From NCBI GenBank assembly GCA_964572055.1, contig CAZNDY010000002.1, forward strand, positions 5,555 to 68,660: a stretch of 63,106 bases of DNA, in the 5' to 3' direction. Below the pieces are notes generated by a model. The model had not been told where the DNA came from. It saw only the letters and a list, made by a program, of their open reading frames with translations, and did no database searches. The DNA is from an uncultured Gammaproteobacteria bacterium (GTDB lineage Bacteria; Patescibacteriota; Patescibacteriia; Patescibacteriales; UBA12465). A program made the translations under genes and the position numbers. This document shows, piece after piece, positions 1 through 10,400 of the stretch. How positions within the stretch are numbered: the first letter of the stretch is position 1; every line of letters begins with the position of its first letter.

Positions 1-302
1 CCTTTATTCATCCTCAAGAAGAAGATTTTGGCATATCAAAGGTTGAAGCTATGGCCTCTGGTCGTCCCGTTATTGCTTATAAAAAAGGAGGAGCACTAGA
101 GACTGTAATTGAAGGTGAGACTGGTTTATTTTTTGAAGAACAAAGCGTTGCATCACTTAAATCTTGTGTACAAAAATTTTGTACTGAATCTAAAAATATT
201 TGGGATAGCAATAAAATAAGGGAACATTCTAAAAATTTTTCTTTAAATAATTTTAAAGAAAGAATTGATAATTTTTTAAAAAGTATAAATAAATATAATT
301 AA
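1..302 (+). CDS. glycosyltransferase (GT-B fold, family 1/4), C-terminal fragment; 5' end outside window
   Basis: Frame open from window edge (codons from nt 3): [38 protein letters not shown], the E-x7-E / EAMA-G-PVIA region of retaining GT4-type enzymes; stop 300-302. Confidence 0.75.
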   Translation, partial: FIHPQEEDFGISKVEAMASGRPVIAYKKGGALETVIEGETGLFFEEQSVASLKSCVQKFCTESKNIWDSNKIREHSKNFSLNNFKERIDNFLKSINKYN

Positions 303-1433
303 ATGAGATTAGGTGTAGATATTAGGGTATTAATGGATAATTATTATAGTGGCGTTTCTGTTTTTACTTTTAATTTACTTAGTTCTTTATTAAAAAAAGA
401 TAAGTTGAACACTTATCGTTTTTTTTGTAACTCCTTTAAAAGAAAAAAAATAGATTTATCACCAGAAAATACTGTACAAACTTTTTATCCAAACAAAATA
501 TTTAATTATTTACTGCAGAAAACATTTTCATATCCGAAATTAGATAAAATTATTGGAGGGGTTGATTTGTTCTATTCACCACATATTAATTTTTCATCTT
601 TTTCTTCTAAGGTTAAAAAAGTAATTACTATTCATGATTTATCTTTTTTGCGTTATCCGGAGTTTTTTAGCCAGAGAAAGAATTTTTGGCATAAATCAGT
701 CAATATTTCTAAAAAAATAAAGGATTTTGATAAAATCATAGCTGTTTCTGATAATACTAAAAACGATTTAGTTGAATTATTAAAGATAAATGAAGATAAA
801 ATTGAAGTTATTTATCCAGGAATATCGAATGATTTATCTTTAAATCATAATTTTTCTCCTATTTTTCTTTCGGAAAAATATGGTATTAGTAGACCCTATG
901 TTTTATACTTGGGCACAATTGAGCCCCGAAAAAACATTGTTGGCTTAATTAAAGCTTATAATCTGCTAAGAGATGCTGGATTTGATTATTTGTTGGTTTT
1001 GGCTGGTTCTTGGGGTTGGAAAACAAAAGAAATAAAAAAAGAATGGTTTAAATCTAGATATAAGAAAGATATTATATTTACCGGTTATATTTCGAATGAA
1101 GAAAAGTCTGTTTTTTACTCTCAAGCAGAATTATTTGTCTATCCTTCTTTTTATGAAGGTTTTGGTTTTCCTCCTTTAGAGGCAATGTATTTTTCTTTGC
1201 CGGTTATCTCCAGTAATGTTTCTAGTTTACCTGAAGTTTTGTCTGATTCGGCTTTATTGATTAACCCTGATAAACCAGGCGATTTGTTTGAAGCTATGAA
1301 AATGACTCTAGTAAATCAAGATTTAAAAACGAAGTTAATAGAAAGAGGCAATATTAGATCATCTTTTTTTAATTGGGAAAAAACTAGTGTAGATTATTTA
1401 AAAATTTTTGAAAAAGTTTATGACCAAAAGTAG
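303..1433 (+). CDS. glycosyltransferase family 4 (GT-B fold)
   Basis: 376 aa; YPSFYEGFGFPPLEAMYFSLPVISSNVSSLPEV motif typical of GT4; directly abuts the previous GT gene. Confidence 0.8.
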   Translation: MRLGVDIRVLMDNYYSGVSVFTFNLLSSLLKKDKLNTYRFFCNSFKRKKIDLSPENTVQTFYPNKIFNYLLQKTFSYPKLDKIIGGVDLFYSPHINFSSFSSKVKKVITIHDLSFLRYPEFFSQRKNFWHKSVNISKKIKDFDKIIAVSDNTKNDLVELLKINEDKIEVIYPGISNDLSLNHNFSPIFLSEKYGISRPYVLYLGTIEPRKNIVGLIKAYNLLRDAGFDYLLVLAGSWGWKTKEIKKEWFKSRYKKDIIFTGYISNEEKSVFYSQAELFVYPSFYEGFGFPPLEAMYFSLPVISSNVSSLPEVLSDSALLINPDKPGDLFEAMKMTLVNQDLKTKLIERGNIRSSFFNWEKTSVDYLKIFEKVYDQK

Positions 1434-2505
1434 TAAAAGAAAAAAGGTTTTGGTGGCAATTTCTGGTGGCGTTGATTCGGCTGTGGCTGCCAAGCTTTTA
1501 ATTGAAAAGGGTTATGATGTTAGTGGAATTTTTCTTAATTTTTGGAAAGAATCTGGTAAAGAAACATCAGAAAATAAATGTTGTTCATTAGAGGCTCAGC
1601 TTGATGCCAAAAAGGTGTGTCTTTTTTTAGGAATACCTTTTTATACCTTTAATTTTTCTAGAAAATTTAAAAAAGATGTGGTTGATAATTTCTTAAGTGA
1701 GTATCAGGTTGGCAATACTCCCAATCCTTGTGTTGTTTGTAATAAAAAAATAAAGATTGGAGGTTTACTAGAATATGCTAAATCTTTAGGGTTTGATTTT
1801 TTGGCAACCGGGCATTATGTTAGGATTAAAAAAAATCAAAATTCTTTTTACTTGCTAAGGGGTTTGGATGAAAATAAGGATCAATCTTATTTTCTTTACA
1901 CCTTAAAGCAAAATCAATTGAAAAAATTATTATTTCCTTTGGGTAATTTAAAAAAGCCAGAAGTTAGGCGAATTGCTTCTAAGGCTGATTTACCAGTTGC
2001 TTCCAAAAGTGAAAGTCAGGAAATCTGTTTTATCTCTGGTAAGAGGCATAATGATTTTTTAAAAAAATATTTAAAATTAAAACCAGGAAAAATTAAGCTT
2101 TGGCCTGAGAACCTTGTAATTGGAGAACATCAAGGTTTGCCACTTTATACTATTGGACAAAGAAGAGGAATTGATATTGGTGGTACTGGTCCTTACTATG
2201 CAGCTTCTTTTGACTATAAAAATAATGATTTGTATGTTGTTAAGAACTTTGACGACCCAATATTATATGGAAAGGAGATGTTGGTTAAGGATTTTTATTG
2301 GGTTAATAAAAAAAATTTAAAATTTCCCTTAAAAACAAAAGTTGTTATTCGTTATAGACACAAAGCTGTAGCTTGCACAGTTGAAAATGCTAAAAATAAA
2401 ATGTTAAGGGTAATCTTTTTTAGAAGACAGAGAGCTATAACCCCTGGACAAAGTGCTGTTTTTTATAGTGGTAATAAAGTTCTGGGTGGGGGTATAATTT
2501 GTTAA
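1408..2505 (+). CDS. mnmA: tRNA-specific 2-thiouridylase MnmA
   Basis: PP-loop VAISGGVDSAV, NPCVVCN catalytic Cys motif, GHY..., full-length MnmA-like layout; start could be ATG 1420. Confidence 0.9.
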   Translation: MKKFMTKSSKRKKVLVAISGGVDSAVAAKLLIEKGYDVSGIFLNFWKESGKETSENKCCSLEAQLDAKKVCLFLGIPFYTFNFSRKFKKDVVDNFLSEYQVGNTPNPCVVCNKKIKIGGLLEYAKSLGFDFLATGHYVRIKKNQNSFYLLRGLDENKDQSYFLYTLKQNQLKKLLFPLGNLKKPEVRRIASKADLPVASKSESQEICFISGKRHNDFLKKYLKLKPGKIKLWPENLVIGEHQGLPLYTIGQRRGIDIGGTGPYYAASFDYKNNDLYVVKNFDDPILYGKEMLVKDFYWVNKKNLKFPLKTKVVIRYRHKAVACTVENAKNKMLRVIFFRRQRAITPGQSAVFYSGNKVLGGGIIC

Positions 2506-2509
2506 TAAT

Positions 2510-3487
2510 ATGATTTATTTTAAAGCCTTATCAGTTTTAATTAAAAATGAAATATTTAAGAATCCACAAATTTCCGAGTTATCATTTGGCAATAATTATC
2601 AAACTTTTTTATGCTCAGAAAATGGTTTGAAATATGTTCTTCGACTTCCTTTAAAAAAAGCTAATGCCAAAAATAGATTGGAAAAATCTTATTTGATTTT
2701 AAAATTTATTGAAAGCGAAGGGGTTGATTTTGCGGAAAAAAATATTTTTTTTGATAAAACTAATAATTTTTTATTAACAAGCTATATTGAAGGAAGAGAA
2801 GTCTCTGTTAGAGATTTAAGTCTGAGACAATTAGCGGATTTTATAGATAAGATATTGTTTTTAAAAAAATTAAGTTTCAAAAAGTTTAATAATTTAACTC
2901 AAAAAGAGGGAATTAAAATTAATTTGCTTGAAAATCCTAGTGACAGATTATCTTTTTTGGAGGCTAAGAGATTTAAAAATATTAAAAAGAATAAAAAAGA
3001 ATTATTAAATTTTAATTTTTTTGAATTTGAAAAATGGTTTAAATTAAATTTAGCATCTTTAAAAGAGTATTATTATTCTAAAAAATATAAACAGAAAGAT
3101 ATTTTTTTTGATCACGGTGATGTGGCTGGGGCTAATATAATTTTGAAGAATAATTCTCTTGCTTTTATTGATTGGGATAACGCTAGATTTACACATGATA
3201 TTGGCTTTTCTTTGGCTAATATATTTTTTTATTGTGGTGATTTTTCTTCTAAGTTTATTGAAAAATTTATTTCTATTTATTTAAAAAAAGAACAAAGTGA
3301 TGATTTTAATAAGAAAAACTTAATTGGGGATGTTAAGCATGGCTTAAAATTAATTATTTTTAGTGGTGTTCTTTGGTCTTTAGAGTCTTTTGTTGTTTCT
3401 CGTAAGAAAAATGAGAAAAATAGTATTGAATATTTTCGAGAATATCAAGAGAGATTAAAATCTTATAATGATTTTTGTAAATTATAA
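2510..3487 (+). CDS. kinase-like phosphotransferase (APH / choline-kinase fold)
   Basis: HGDVAGANII (H-x-D-x4-N) followed by FIDWD, the catalytic and Mg-binding motifs of the APH/ChoK family. Confidence 0.6.
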   Translation: MIYFKALSVLIKNEIFKNPQISELSFGNNYQTFLCSENGLKYVLRLPLKKANAKNRLEKSYLILKFIESEGVDFAEKNIFFDKTNNFLLTSYIEGREVSVRDLSLRQLADFIDKILFLKKLSFKKFNNLTQKEGIKINLLENPSDRLSFLEAKRFKNIKKNKKELLNFNFFEFEKWFKLNLASLKEYYYSKKYKQKDIFFDHGDVAGANIILKNNSLAFIDWDNARFTHDIGFSLANIFFYCGDFSSKFIEKFISIYLKKEQSDDFNKKNLIGDVKHGLKLIIFSGVLWSLESFVVSRKKNEKNSIEYFREYQERLKSYNDFCKL

Positions 3488-3489
3488 AA

Positions 3490-3518
3490 AAAAGGGGGTG
3501 GTTTTAAAACCACCCTTT
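3490..3518. terminator. bidirectional intrinsic terminator between convergent genes
   Basis: Perfect 8-bp stem GGGTGGTT-ttaa-AACCACCC flanked by an A run and a T-rich tract. Confidence 0.7.
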
Positions 3519-3519
3519 G

Positions 3520-4590
3520 TTAATTTTTTTCTTGATAAATTAATTTTCGTTTGTCTAGCTCTACTAGAATATCATTCTCCTGGTAGGGATGTTTTTTGCA
3601 ATAGGGAATTATTTCTGAAAAACCCAGATTGTATTTATCAAGTTCTTTTTTTTCGGAGGCTACCTGGAAAACTTCATTATCGGTCATTATGGCTGTTATA
3701 AAAACTGGACTTAGTTCTGGTTTTTTTTCACAAAATTTTACTACTTTAATCCATGTTTTTTGCAAGGCTATTTCCATTTTTCCCTTGTTAGTTTGATCAT
3801 CTAAGATAAAGTAAACATTCTCATACATCCATTTTCTCATTTTTTCAAAGAGAATAGCTTCTGGGGTTTCTTGAAATTTTATTTTTCCACATTCTAGACT
3901 TTCTTGTTGTATTGCCTTGAGGCAAGTTATGATTCTTTGTCTTTGATTTTTTCCCAGTTTAAGATAATATTTTGGTAATTTTTTTTCTATCAAAAATCCA
4001 GTTCTTAAACAATCATTTATGTCTGAGAATAAATAAGCAATTTTGTCAGCCAACATTACTACTCCAAACTCTAGTGGTAAGCCTTCGTCAATACTTAGGC
4101 CGTTTGACCCTCTGGAGTGTTTGGTTATTCCTTTTAATGTTTCCCAGCTTAAATTAAGTCCTAGTCCAGATCTTTCTATTCTTTCAGCCAAAATTACACC
4201 AAAAAGTTCATGTCGAAATTTTTGACCACTTAATTTTTCAATCGTTCTTTCACCTAAATGACCAAAGGCGAAATGACCGAGATCATGGCCTATGCCTATA
4301 GCAGAACTTAATGATGAATTTAATTCAAGCATTTCAGCCATTATTTCAGAGATAGAAGAAACTTCAAGGCTATGGATCAAACGGTTTCTTACTAGGGGAT
4401 TGGAAGCTATTGGAAAAACCTGTGTTTTATCAGCTAGTCTTCTGAAGCTTTTGGAGTTAATAATTTTGTGGTAGTCAATTTTAAAAGGATTATTTTTTTT
4501 AAAAAAGACTGGGTCGTCTAATTGATCTTCATAATATTTTCGACCGAAAGAATTTTCCGATCTAAAAGCTAGATGTTTTAAACTTTTCAT
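3520..4590 (-). CDS. dGTP triphosphohydrolase-like HD-domain phosphohydrolase
   Basis: 356 aa; RLIHSLEVS ... GIGHDLGHFAFGH HD-domain metal motif as in the Dgt/dNTPase family. Confidence 0.75.
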   Translation of the reverse strand: MKSLKHLAFRSENSFGRKYYEDQLDDPVFFKKNNPFKIDYHKIINSKSFRRLADKTQVFPIASNPLVRNRLIHSLEVSSISEIMAEMLELNSSLSSAIGIGHDLGHFAFGHLGERTIEKLSGQKFRHELFGVILAERIERSGLGLNLSWETLKGITKHSRGSNGLSIDEGLPLEFGVVMLADKIAYLFSDINDCLRTGFLIEKKLPKYYLKLGKNQRQRIITCLKAIQQESLECGKIKFQETPEAILFEKMRKWMYENVYFILDDQTNKGKMEIALQKTWIKVVKFCEKKPELSPVFITAIMTDNEVFQVASEKKELDKYNLGFSEIIPYCKKHPYQENDILVELDKRKLIYQEKN

Positions 4591-4664
4591 GTTTTGTCCT
4601 CCTTTATTGTATTATTTTAATGTTCTTTTTTACAAAAAAAGACAGGGTTGAGCCGTCTTTTTTT

Positions 4665-4749
4665 TGGTGCCGATGGTGGGACTTGAACCCACAAGCCTTG
4701 CGGCACACGATTTTGAGTCGTGCGTGTTTGCCAATTTCACCACATCGGC
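4665..4749 (-). tRNA. tRNA-Leu (anticodon CAA), class II with long variable arm, CCA encoded
   Basis: Reverse complement folds as a cloverleaf: acceptor GCCGATG/CATCGGC, anticodon stem CACGA/TCGTG with loop CTCAAAA, variable arm GCC-gcaa-GGC, T arm GTGGG-TTCAAGT-CCCAC, 3' ACCA. Confidence 0.92.
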
Positions 4750-4762
4750 TTTTAATAAAAGA

Positions 4763-4791
4763 ATTATAAATGATTTTAATTTGCTTGTCAA
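4763..4791 (-). promoter_or_regulatory. sigma70-type promoter for tRNA-Leu
   Basis: On the minus strand TTGACA-17 nt-TATAAT (both hexamers consensus); -10 ends 13 nt before the tRNA 5' end. Confidence 0.7.
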
Positions 4792-4912
4792 AAAATATAT
4801 TGACTTTTTGTTTTATAATTGTTTATATATTCTTAGTTCTTAATAAAAATAAATTTGAATTTTAACCATATAACAAAAGTCCAACTGAGTAAAGTAGGCT
4901 GGCATTTATCTC

Positions 4913-5404
4913 ATGATTACTTCCGAAGAAAGAATTATTGATGTCCCGCTAGGATCTTTTTGTTTTGAAAAAAATCTCTTGATTAGAAAAATGATTTCTT
5001 GGGCTGACTATGATTTCGTTTATGATGAAATTGAAAGAGTGGTAGCCATGAAAGACTGGGGAAGCAATATTGTTATACCTGCTACTATTTCTTGGCTTTT
5101 GGCTGGTGGCAGTAACAATGAGTCCGAGTTTTTAAAACCAATAAATCTTGATCTAGTAAAAAGAGAAGCGGCCCTAGGAAATTTTCAATTTGGTAATTTT
5201 TTAGATTTATTAATTTTTGGGGTTTTGAATCCCAGAATATCAGAGTCTATAACAATTATTTCTTTAGCCACTAGTTTAGGGTTAAATGGTAAAATTTACT
5301 ACCCATTCATCGGGGGACAGCAGGGTATATGCACTGTTCTTGGTGTTTTGTCAGAAGATGAAATATTAAAAGTGAATGAGTATGTTTTTATAGTTAAAAA
5401 CTAA
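4913..5404 (+). CDS. hypothetical protein (163 aa)
   Basis: Clean ORF with ATG start, followed by a strong terminator; no motif recognised. Confidence 0.5.
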   Translation: MITSEERIIDVPLGSFCFEKNLLIRKMISWADYDFVYDEIERVVAMKDWGSNIVIPATISWLLAGGSNNESEFLKPINLDLVKREAALGNFQFGNFLDLLIFGVLNPRISESITIISLATSLGLNGKIYYPFIGGQQGICTVLGVLSEDEILKVNEYVFIVKN

Positions 5405-5412
5405 TTTTTTCT

Positions 5413-5444
5413 GACCTTGTTTCTTGGACGACAAGGTCTTTTTA
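5413..5444 (+). terminator. intrinsic terminator
   Basis: Perfect 8-bp stem GACCTTGT ... ACAAGGTC followed by TTTTT. Confidence 0.75.
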
Positions 5445-5499
5445 TTTGCTCAAAATTAAATTATTAGTTATAATTGTTTCAAGTTTATTTTTTAAATTT

Positions 5500-6258
5500 A
5501 TGGGAAAAATAATTTCAGTTGTAAATCAAAAAGGGGGAGTCGGAAAAACAACTACCTCTGTCAATTTAGGTGCTTATTTGGCTTATTTTGGAAAAAAAAC
5601 TTTATTAGTTGATGTTGATCCTCAAGCTAATGCTACATCTGGCTTAGGAATAAATCATCGACAAATAGAAGGAGGTGTTTATGATGTTTTAACTGGTAAT
5701 TGCTCAATTTTAGATTCTATTATTAAAACTGAGCAAGAAAATTATTATATTATACCAGCGACTGCTTCTTTGTCTGGTGCTTCTGTTGAATTGGTTGGTC
5801 TGGATAACAGGGAGTTTCGTTTATCATTAGCTCTAGAAGAGATTAGAGATAATTTTGATTATATAATAATTGATGGACCTCCTTCACTTGGGCTTTTAAC
5901 TGTTAATAGCTTGACTTCGTCGGATGAGGTTTTAATTCCTATACAAAGTGAATATTATGCTTTAGAGGGTTTGGGTCAGTTATTAGAGACAATATCTTTG
6001 ATTCAGAACAATTTAAAACCTTCTTTGGGGATTATGGGGGTTGTAATAACTATGTTTGATAAAAGAAATAGGCTGTCTTCTTTGGTTAAAGATGAGTTGT
6101 ACAAATATTTTCCTAATAAAGTTTTTAAATCAATTATCCCTAGAAGTGTTCGTTTGGCTGAAGCTCCTAGTTATGGTTTGAGTATTTTGAACTATGATTC
6201 AAAATCTATTGGGGCTAGAGCTTACGAAGAATTAGCTAAAGAAATTATATCTAAATAA
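5500..6258 (+). CDS. parA: chromosome partitioning ATPase ParA/Soj
   Basis: MGKIISVVNQKGGVGKTTT deviant Walker A, DPQANAT, IIIDGPPSLG; ORF-track start 5446 is TTG, ATG 5500 gives the canonical N-terminus. Confidence 0.9.
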   Translation: MGKIISVVNQKGGVGKTTTSVNLGAYLAYFGKKTLLVDVDPQANATSGLGINHRQIEGGVYDVLTGNCSILDSIIKTEQENYYIIPATASLSGASVELVGLDNREFRLSLALEEIRDNFDYIIIDGPPSLGLLTVNSLTSSDEVLIPIQSEYYALEGLGQLLETISLIQNNLKPSLGIMGVVITMFDKRNRLSSLVKDELYKYFPNKVFKSIIPRSVRLAEAPSYGLSILNYDSKSIGARAYEELAKEIISK

Positions 6259-6268
6259 ATAAAAAAAT

Positions 6269-7147
6269 ATGACAAAAAAAGGATTAGGAAGGGGTCTTGA
6301 TTCTCTGATACCTAAAAAAATTGATATTTCTAGTTATTCTGATTTTAAATTAGAAAAAGATGATTCTTTGTCTTTAGAAAAAAAAGGTGAAGTTATAATG
6401 ATGATTGACCCTAAAAGAATAAAGCCAAATCCTTATCAACCAAGAAAAGATTTTAATCAAGTAGCTTTAAATGATTTGATGAATTCAATTAAAGAACATG
6501 GTATTTTGCAACCCTTGGTTGTTAGTCGAAAGGATGGTGAATATGAATTAATTGCTGGAGAAAGAAGGTTGCGTAGTTCAGTAGAGCTAGGATTGTCAGA
6601 GGTTCCAGTTATTATCAGAGAGGTCGATAGTCAAAAAAAATTAGAATTAGCTTTAATTGAAAATTTGCAAAGAGAAAATTTAAATCCAATTGATTCAGCT
6701 ATTGCTTATAATCAGCTTATTAATGAATTTAATCTAACTCAGGATGATTTGTCTAAAAAATTAGGCAAGCCAAGATCTTCAATAGCTAACATTTTGAGGT
6801 TTTTAAATTTACCGACAGAAATTAAATCAGCTTTGGCCAGTGGTCAAATAAGCGAGGCTCATGCTAAATATTTATTGGGAATAGATGGGGAGGTAAAGCA
6901 ATTGACAATTTTTCGAAAAATAATTTATAATAACTTGTCGGTTAGAGAGACTGATGCTTTGATACGTCAGTCTGGTGGGACAAAAAAAGCTAAAACCGAC
7001 AATCATCAATACGATGTTTATCAAGATAAACTTCAGAAGCATCTTAATACTAAGGTTGAAATAAAAAATGCTAGCAAGCAAAATAGCATAAATATTTTCT
7101 TCTATTCAGAGGATGATTTGAAGGAAATAATTAAGAAAATAATTTAG
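6269..7147 (+). CDS. parB: chromosome partitioning protein ParB/Spo0J
   Basis: PNPYQPRKDF, LQPLVV, IAGERRLR ParB box motifs and an HTH region; follows parA. Confidence 0.9.
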   Translation: MTKKGLGRGLDSLIPKKIDISSYSDFKLEKDDSLSLEKKGEVIMMIDPKRIKPNPYQPRKDFNQVALNDLMNSIKEHGILQPLVVSRKDGEYELIAGERRLRSSVELGLSEVPVIIREVDSQKKLELALIENLQRENLNPIDSAIAYNQLINEFNLTQDDLSKKLGKPRSSIANILRFLNLPTEIKSALASGQISEAHAKYLLGIDGEVKQLTIFRKIIYNNLSVRETDALIRQSGGTKKAKTDNHQYDVYQDKLQKHLNTKVEIKNASKQNSINIFFYSEDDLKEIIKKII

Positions 7148-7201
7148 AAAAGCAGATAATTAAAATAGTTTAGTAATAGTAACTTAAAAAAGAGATTAAA
7201 A

Positions 7202-7399
7202 ATGAAGAAAAAATATTTTTTTATTATTTTTATCTTAATATTGGCCTTCTTTTTATTTGGTTGGTTTTTATTGGGCGAAAGTTTTGTTCTTTATTTGCCA
7301 AAATTGGGGGGATATTTTTGTGCTTTTCTCCTGTTTGTTTTTTTGGTTTCTGGTCTTTTTACCAGCGCCAAAGGGCTAGAAGAGACAAAGAAAAATTAA
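7202..7399 (+). CDS. small membrane protein (65 aa, two predicted TM helices)
   Basis: Hydrophobic ORF with ATG start, followed by a terminator hairpin; function unknown. Confidence 0.4.
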   Translation: MKKKYFFIIFILILAFFLFGWFLLGESFVLYLPKLGGYFCAFLLFVFLVSGLFTSAKGLEETKKN

Positions 7400-7408
7400 T
7401 TATTTTTT

Positions 7409-7434
7409 CCGGGCTTAAGCTCGGATTTTTTTTA
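7409..7434 (+). terminator. intrinsic terminator
   Basis: CCGGGC-ttaa-GCTCGG stem (one G-U pair) followed by a T8 run. Confidence 0.65.
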
Positions 7435-7498
7435 TTTTCAAATTTGAATTATTTTTGAATTTAAACTATTATATAAGAATTAAATATTAATTTTTATT

Positions 7499-10400
7499 AT
7501 GTCTTTTGTTCACCTGCATAACCATACTCATTATTCGTTGCTCGATGGTTTGACTAATATCGATGATTTTATTGCTAAAGCTAAAAGCCAGGGTTGTCCA
7601 GCTTTAGCTATTACTGACCATGGTGTTATGTATGGTGTTATTGAGTTTTATAAAAAATGCAAAAAAGCCGGCATAAAGCCAATTATTGGAGTGGAACTTT
7701 ATTTAGCTCCCAATTCAAGACATGATAAGAATACTAAAGATGATGCTCGTAATTTTCATATATTATTATTAGCCAAGAATAATATTGGCTATCAAAATTT
7801 AATAAAATTAGTGTCTTTGGCTCACCTAGAAGGCTTTTATTATAAACCTAGAATAGATTGGGAGCTTTTAGAAAAATATCACGAAGGGATAATTGCCTCA
7901 ACAGCTTGTTTGGGCGGTGAAATCCCTTCTTTGATTTTAGCTGATAGATTGGATCAAGCCAAAAAGAAAATAATAGAATATAATAATTTGTTTGGTCAGG
8001 ATAATTTTTATTTAGAAATAATGGACCATCCTGAGTTAGATGGCTTAGACAAGGTTAACCAACAATTAATTAAATTTTCAAAAGAGTTAAATATTCCCTT
8101 AATAGCTACTAACGATATTCATTATTTGGACAAACAAGATGATGATGCTCAGGATATTTTGCTTTGTTTGCAGAACAAGAAAAAAATAAATGATGAAGAT
8201 CGTATGAAAATGAAAGGTCATGGTGATTATTCTTGCAGAGATCCAAAAGAATTAGCTGAAGTTTTTAAAGATGTTCCAGAGGCAATAACAAATACAGTTA
8301 AAATAGCTGAAATGTGTGATGTCAATATTTCTTTGGATGAAATACATTTACCACACTTTGAAGTTCCAGAGGGTTATGATCAATCTTCTTATTTAAGAAA
8401 GATTTGTGAAGATGGTATATCTTCAAGATATATTGACAAGAGCGAAGAAGAACTAGAAGAGGTTAAAAAAAGACTAGATTATGAGTTAGGGGTTATAAAT
8501 GGAATGGGTTGGCCTTCTTACTTTTTGATTGTGGCTGATTTTATTTCTTGGGCTAAGAAAAATAAAATTGTTGTTGGTCCAGGAAGGGGTAGTGCTCCTG
8601 GGTCAATTGTTTGTTATTTAAGTGGAATTACTAATATTGATCCAATTAAATATGAACTTTTGTTTGAAAGATTTTTGAATCCAGAAAGAATATCTATGCC
8701 TGATATCGATATGGATTTTGCTGATGTTCGTCGAAATGAAGTTATTGAATATGTTGAACATAAATACGGTAAAGATAATGTCTCTCAAATTATAACTTTC
8801 GGAACTATGGCAGCCAGAGCTGCTGTTAGAGATGTTGGTCGTGTACTTGATGAACCTTACGATTATTGTGATAAGTTGGCTAAAATGATTCCAGTTAATT
8901 ACAAGATAAAAAATGCCCTAGAAGATGTGACTGAACTTAAAGATATTTATAAAAAAGAAGAAGCAGCTCGTAGAATTTTAGATTTTGCTCAAAAATTAGA
9001 AGGGGTTTCTCGTCACTCTTCAACTCATGCTTGTGGTGTTTTAATAACCAAGGAACCTTTAACTAATTACGTTCCTTTACAGTATGCTTCATCTTCTGAT
9101 AAAAGTATAGTTTCCCAATATTCTCTTCATCCAGTAGAAGATCTTGGTTTATTAAAAATGGACTTCTTGGGTCTTAAGAATTTAACAATTATTGAGTCAG
9201 CTATTAAGATTATTAAAAATACCAGGGGGGTAGAAATTGATATTGATAAAATACCGCTTGATGATAAAAATACTTTTGACGTTTTTAAAAAGGGTGAAAC
9301 AACTGGTGTTTTTCAATTTGAGTCTGGTGGCATGAAGAGGTATTTAAAAGAATTAAAGCCAAATGAATTTGAAGATATTATTGCCATGGTAGCCCTTTAT
9401 CGTCCTGGGCCAATGGAATGGATTAAGGATTATATTTCTGGTAAACACAATAATAACATGGTTTATTTGCATCCTAAGTTAGAGTCAATCTTGAAGAAAA
9501 CTTATGGAGTTGTTGTTTATCAGGAACAAGTTATGCAGATATCAAGAGATTTGGCTGGTTTTAGCAGGGGAGAGGCAGACACCTTAAGAAAGGCTATGGG
9601 TAAAAAAATTCCAGAACTCTTAGCCGAACAAAAAGAAAAGTTTATTAATGGTTGTGTTGAAAATGGTATAAATAAAAATTTAGCAGAGAGAGTTTTTTCT
9701 TTTATTGAGCCCTTTGCTGGTTATGGATTTAATCGTTCTCATGCTGCTTGTTATGCTTTGGTTGCTTATCAAACAGCTTATTTAAAGGCTCATTATCCAG
9801 CCGAATTTATGGCAGCTTTACTTACAGCTGATCAAAATGACTTAGATCGAATTGCTATTGAAATTGATGAATGTCGCCAAATGGGAATAGAAATAATGCC
9901 CCCCGATGTTAATGAGTCTTTTGCTTCTTTTACTGTTGTTACTAGCGGAACTAAAGATAATAAAGTTGTTGGTGAAAATGAGAAGATAAAAACAATTAGG
10001 TTTGGTTTAAATGCGATTAAAAACGTTGGAACTCATATAGTTGAAGAGATAATTAAAGATAGAAAAGAAAATGGAAAATTTGAAAGTATTTTTGATTTAT
10101 TAGAAAGGGTGGTTGATCGAGATTTGAATAAAAAATCTTTAGAGAGTTTGATAAAATGTGGAGCTTTTGATCAATTTGAGGACAGGGAGTTATTGCTGGG
10201 TAGTTTAGATGTTTTACTTAATTTTAATAAAGAGTCTTCAAAGAATAAAAACAATCCTCAAGTTAGTCTTTTCTTTGACTCTCCTCAGTCAGTTGTTTTT
10301 TCTTATCCTAAGCTTGAAAAAAGGGAAGAAGTGAGTGATAAAATTAAATTACAGTGGGAAAAGGAATTATTGGGCTTGTATGTTTCAGAGCATCCATTTA

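Noticed and set aside
5446-5499. N-terminal extensions from TTG/GTG starts in the ORF track (parA 5446, 11082, 39501, tuf 43148, internal 34268)
   Set aside because: Downstream ATG codons give canonical N-termini (Walker A of Par[14 protein letters not shown] of EF-Tu, the basic pilin leader). The extensions are hydrophobic or atypical.
7261-7458. 65-aa ORF overlapping the small membrane ORF 7202-7399 in another frame
   Set aside because: It runs through the terminator hairpin at 7409-7434. The 7202 frame has the more coherent two-TM pattern.
4750-7498. Replication origin (DnaA-box cluster) or parS site near parAB/dnaE
   Set aside because: By eye there is no cluster of TTATCCACA-like boxes in any intergenic region here; only isolated 8/9 matches occur, inside coding regions at about 31375 and 40487. 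No TGTTTCACGTGAAACA-like palindrome was found either. A proper matrix scan is needed to be sure.
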